The notes beneath the pieces are model-generated. The model was given only the letters and a program-made list of their open reading frames with translations, searched no databases and was not told the origin of the DNA. The position numbers and the translations under genes are program-made. A stretch of DNA of 32,000 nt from Mycobacterium tuberculosis H37Rv (lineage in GTDB: Bacteria; Actinomycetota; Actinomycetes; Mycobacteriales; Mycobacteriaceae). Position 1 is the first letter of the stretch, and each line of letters begins with the position of its first letter. Of the stretch, positions 29,436 to 32,000 are shown in pieces. The DNA lies in the NCBI RefSeq assembly GCF_000195955.2, contig NC_000962.3, forward strand, positions 1,740,001-1,772,000. Direction: 5' to 3'.

Positions 29436-31601
29436 TCACAACGTCTTACGCAGGACCAGCAGCGAGCGCGCAGGTACCGAAAACGTGTCAGTGGCGGTTA
29501 CCGTCAGGTCGATGTCACCGACGGGATCGTTGGTATCCAGCTCTCCGGTCCACTGCTGCGCATAGCCGTCATGCGGCATCACGAACTCCACGTCGTGGTC
29601 ATGGGCGTTGAAGCACAACAGGAATGAATCGTCGACTACTCGCTCACCACGGGCGTCCGGTGCGGTAATGGCTTCACCGTTGAGAAACACCGCAACACAC
29701 CTGTCGAAGCCTCTGCCCCAATCCTCGTGCGTCATCTCCCGACCGCTCGGTGTCAACCAGGCGATATCGCGGACTTCGTCGCCACTGCGGATCGGTTCAC
29801 CCTCAAAGAACCGGCGTCGGCGAAACACCTTGTGGTTCTTGCGCAAGGTCGTCGCCTTGCGTGCGAAAGCTAGCAGATCGGCATTCTTGTCCACCAATGA
29901 CCAATCCATCCAAGATAATTCGGAGTCCTGGCAGTAGACGTTGTTGTTGCCGTATTGGGTGCGCCCAATCTCGTCGCCGTGGGCGATCATCGGCGTGCCC
30001 TGGCTGACCATAAGCGTGGCCCACATGTTGCGCATCTGGCGGGCACGCAGCGCCAAGATGTCGGGGTCATCGGTGGGGCCCTCGACACCGCAGTTCCACG
30101 ATCGGTTGTAGCTTTCCCCGTCGCGGTTGTTCTCGCCATTGGCCTCGTTGTGCTTGTCGTTGTACGAGACCAGGTCGTTGAGTGTGAACCCGTCGTGGGC
30201 GGTGACGAAATTGATACTGGCACTGGGCCGGCGGCCGGTTGCTTCGTAGAGGTCCGACGACCCGGTCAGCCGGGAGGCGAATTCGCCTAGGGTGGCCGGC
30301 TCGCCTCGCCAGTAGTCGCGCACGGTGTCGCGGTACTTGCCGTTCCATTCCGTCCACAGTCCTGGGAAGTTGCCAACCTGGTAGCCACCTTCGCCGACAT
30401 CCCATGGCTCGGCGATCAGCTTGACCTGACTGACCACCGGATCTTGTTGCACCAGATCGAAGAATGCCGACAGCCGGTCGACGTCGTGCAGCTCGCGGGC
30501 CAGCGTGGACGCCAGGTCGAACCGGAACCCGTCGACGTGCATTTCGATCACCCAGTAGCGCAGCGAATCCATGATCAGCTGCAGGGTGTGTGGGTGGCGG
30601 GCATTGAGGCTGTTGCCGGTACCGGTGAAGTCCTTGTAGAACCTCAAGTCGTGGTCCATCAGTCGGTAGTAGGCGGTGTTGTCGATTCCGCGAAAGTTGA
30701 TCGTCGGACCCAAGTGGTTGCCTTCAGCGGTGTGGTTGTAGACGACGTCGAGGATGACCTCGATGCCGGCTTCGTGCAGGCTGCGCACCATGGTTTTGAA
30801 CTCGGCTACCGCGCTGCCGGCTTGCCGGGTCGACGCGTATTGATGGTGCGGGGCGAAGAATCCGAAGGTGTTGTAACCCCAGTAGTTTCGCAAGCCGAGG
30901 TCCAGCAGCCGGGAGTCGTGTAGGAACTGGTGCACCGGCATCAACTCAACGGCGGTGACGTTGAGCTCGTTGAGGTGGTCGATGATCACCGGGTGGGCCA
31001 GGCCGGCGTAGGTGCCCCGGAGTTCGGGCGGGATACTGGGATGGGTCTGTGTCATGCCTTTGACATGCGCTTCGTAGATTACGGTCTCGTGGTACGGGGT
31101 GCGCGGCGACCGGTCGTATGCCCAGTCGAAGAACGGATTGATCACGACGCTGGTCATAGTGTGGCCCAGCGAGTCGACCATCGGGGGAGTGCTGTCCGGG
31201 TCGACGGCGTTGACGTCATAGGAATACAGCGCCTGCCCGAAGGTGAAATCGCCGTGGAACGACTTCCCATACGGGTCGAGCAGCAGCTTGCTGGGGTCAC
31301 ACCGATGGCCGGCCGCCGGGTCGAACGGCCCGTGCACACGAAACCCGTAGCGCTGGCCGGGGGTGATGTTCGGCAGATAGGCATGCCAGACGTACCCGTC
31401 CACCTCGTCAAGCGGGATCCGCGACTCGACGCCGTCCTCGTCGATCAGACATAGCTCGACCTTCTCGGCGATCTCGGAGAACAACGAAAAGTTGGTCCCG
31501 GCGCCGTCGTAGGTGGCTCCAAGCGGATAGGCGTTGCCCGGCCACACCGTGGGTAGAGCGGGCCCGGTCCCGTCGGACTCCCCGGCGTTGTTCGACGACA
31601 T
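29436..31601 (-). CDS. treX: Glycogen debranching enzyme / maltooligosyltrehalose-pathway isoamylase
   Basis: 721 aa; VWPGNAYPLGATYDGAGTNFSLFSE, YEAHVKGMTQTHPSIP, GFRFDLASTLAREL, FVTAHDGFTLNDLVSYNDKHNEANGE. A GTG at 31604 is an alternative start. Confidence 0.96.
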   Translation of the reverse strand: MSSNNAGESDGTGPALPTVWPGNAYPLGATYDGAGTNFSLFSEIAEKVELCLIDEDGVESRIPLDEVDGYVWHAYLPNITPGQRYGFRVHGPFDPAAGHRCDPSKLLLDPYGKSFHGDFTFGQALYSYDVNAVDPDSTPPMVDSLGHTMTSVVINPFFDWAYDRSPRTPYHETVIYEAHVKGMTQTHPSIPPELRGTYAGLAHPVIIDHLNELNVTAVELMPVHQFLHDSRLLDLGLRNYWGYNTFGFFAPHHQYASTRQAGSAVAEFKTMVRSLHEAGIEVILDVVYNHTAEGNHLGPTINFRGIDNTAYYRLMDHDLRFYKDFTGTGNSLNARHPHTLQLIMDSLRYWVIEMHVDGFRFDLASTLARELHDVDRLSAFFDLVQQDPVVSQVKLIAEPWDVGEGGYQVGNFPGLWTEWNGKYRDTVRDYWRGEPATLGEFASRLTGSSDLYEATGRRPSASINFVTAHDGFTLNDLVSYNDKHNEANGENNRDGESYNRSWNCGVEGPTDDPDILALRARQMRNMWATLMVSQGTPMIAHGDEIGRTQYGNNNVYCQDSELSWMDWSLVDKNADLLAFARKATTLRKNHKVFRRRRFFEGEPIRSGDEVRDIAWLTPSGREMTHEDWGRGFDRCVAVFLNGEAITAPDARGERVVDDSFLLCFNAHDHDVEFVMPHDGYAQQWTGELDTNDPVGDIDLTVTATDTFSVPARSLLVLRKTL

Positions 31602-31639
31602 CACACGACCTTATCCAGGTTCTCCGGCGGGTGTAGGCG

Positions 31640-32000
31640 TCACCACCAGTCGGTGTTCGCCGCGATTTGCCGACCGAGCTCGCTGGTCATCGTCCGCATG
31701 TAGGTGGGGGTCAGGTGATGACTGTCGCGGTACACCAGAACATTTCCCTCGACCGCGCGGCAGGTGTCGGTCCGGCATATCGCGTCGGACATATCGAGTG
31801 GCTTAAGCAGCGGGAACCGCGCAACGAAGTCGAGGGTTGGATTCCGATCGACCAGCACCTTGGACCGCGCGATCCCACACGACTGCGGATTGCCGCCTTT
31901 GGCCAGGCAGTCCGCAGGGATGAACGGTTGGCCGTCCTTGACCAGCCAAGGGGTATCCCGCATCGCGAGAACGGGAATGTTGTTGTCGGCGAACGTTTGC
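31640..32000 (-). CDS. C-terminal part of an acyltransferase with SGNH-type C-terminal domain (OafA/YrhL-like); 5' end outside window
   Basis: Frame open to window end; ...VEGNVLVYRDSHHLTPTYMRTMTSELG... matches the SGNH block with catalytic D-x-x-H. Corresponds to Rv1565c by synteny. Confidence 0.8.
   Translation of the reverse strand, partial: QTFADNNIPVLAMRDTPWLVKDGQPFIPADCLAKGGNPQSCGIARSKVLVDRNPTLDFVARFPLLKPLDMSDAICRTDTCRAVEGNVLVYRDSHHLTPTYMRTMTSELGRQIAANTDWW

Noticed and set aside
1-32000. CRISPR arrays, tRNA/rRNA genes, prophage or a novel defence island
   Set aside because: None seen; gene content is housekeeping, metabolic and typical mycobacterial families. vapBC11 is the only toxin-antitoxin system and is a known family.

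Overview
This window looks like an ordinary chromosomal segment of the Mycobacterium tuberculosis complex. I identified it by recognising the gene order and protein sequences; no database search was run. Gene order: 3' part of dinX, ansA(-), lspA, RluD-like pseudouridine synthase, lprI(-), glbN(-), two SDR genes, a small hypothetical ORF, an SRPBCC protein, dnaE1, PPE21(-, MPTR type), fadD11 split by a frameshift, plsB1, frdABCD, a TetR-family regulator, truncated mmpL6, a Ddn-like F420-dependent nitroreductase family gene, ilvA, vapBC11, treZ/treY/treX(-), and the 3' part of an SGNH-type acyltransferase (-). I see no phage, IS element, CRISPR array, tRNA or rRNA, and no obviously new multi-gene system. 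The observations most worth following up are: (1) a 77-aa His/Cys-rich small ORF with a strong Shine-Dalgarno directly upstream of frdA, with a near-perfect CRP/FNR-type palindrome just before it; (2) a GTACSGTAC motif repeated before and after the TetR-family gene; (3) a 397-aa half-size MmpL that appears to be an MmpS N-terminus fused in frame to an MmpL C-terminus, as expected for the known TbD1 deletion; (4) a C5 tract where one missing C would split fadD11; (5) a 30-bp imperfect tandem duplication at the lspA 3' end; (6) a 7-6-7 inverted repeat between the divergent glbN-lprI and SDR genes.
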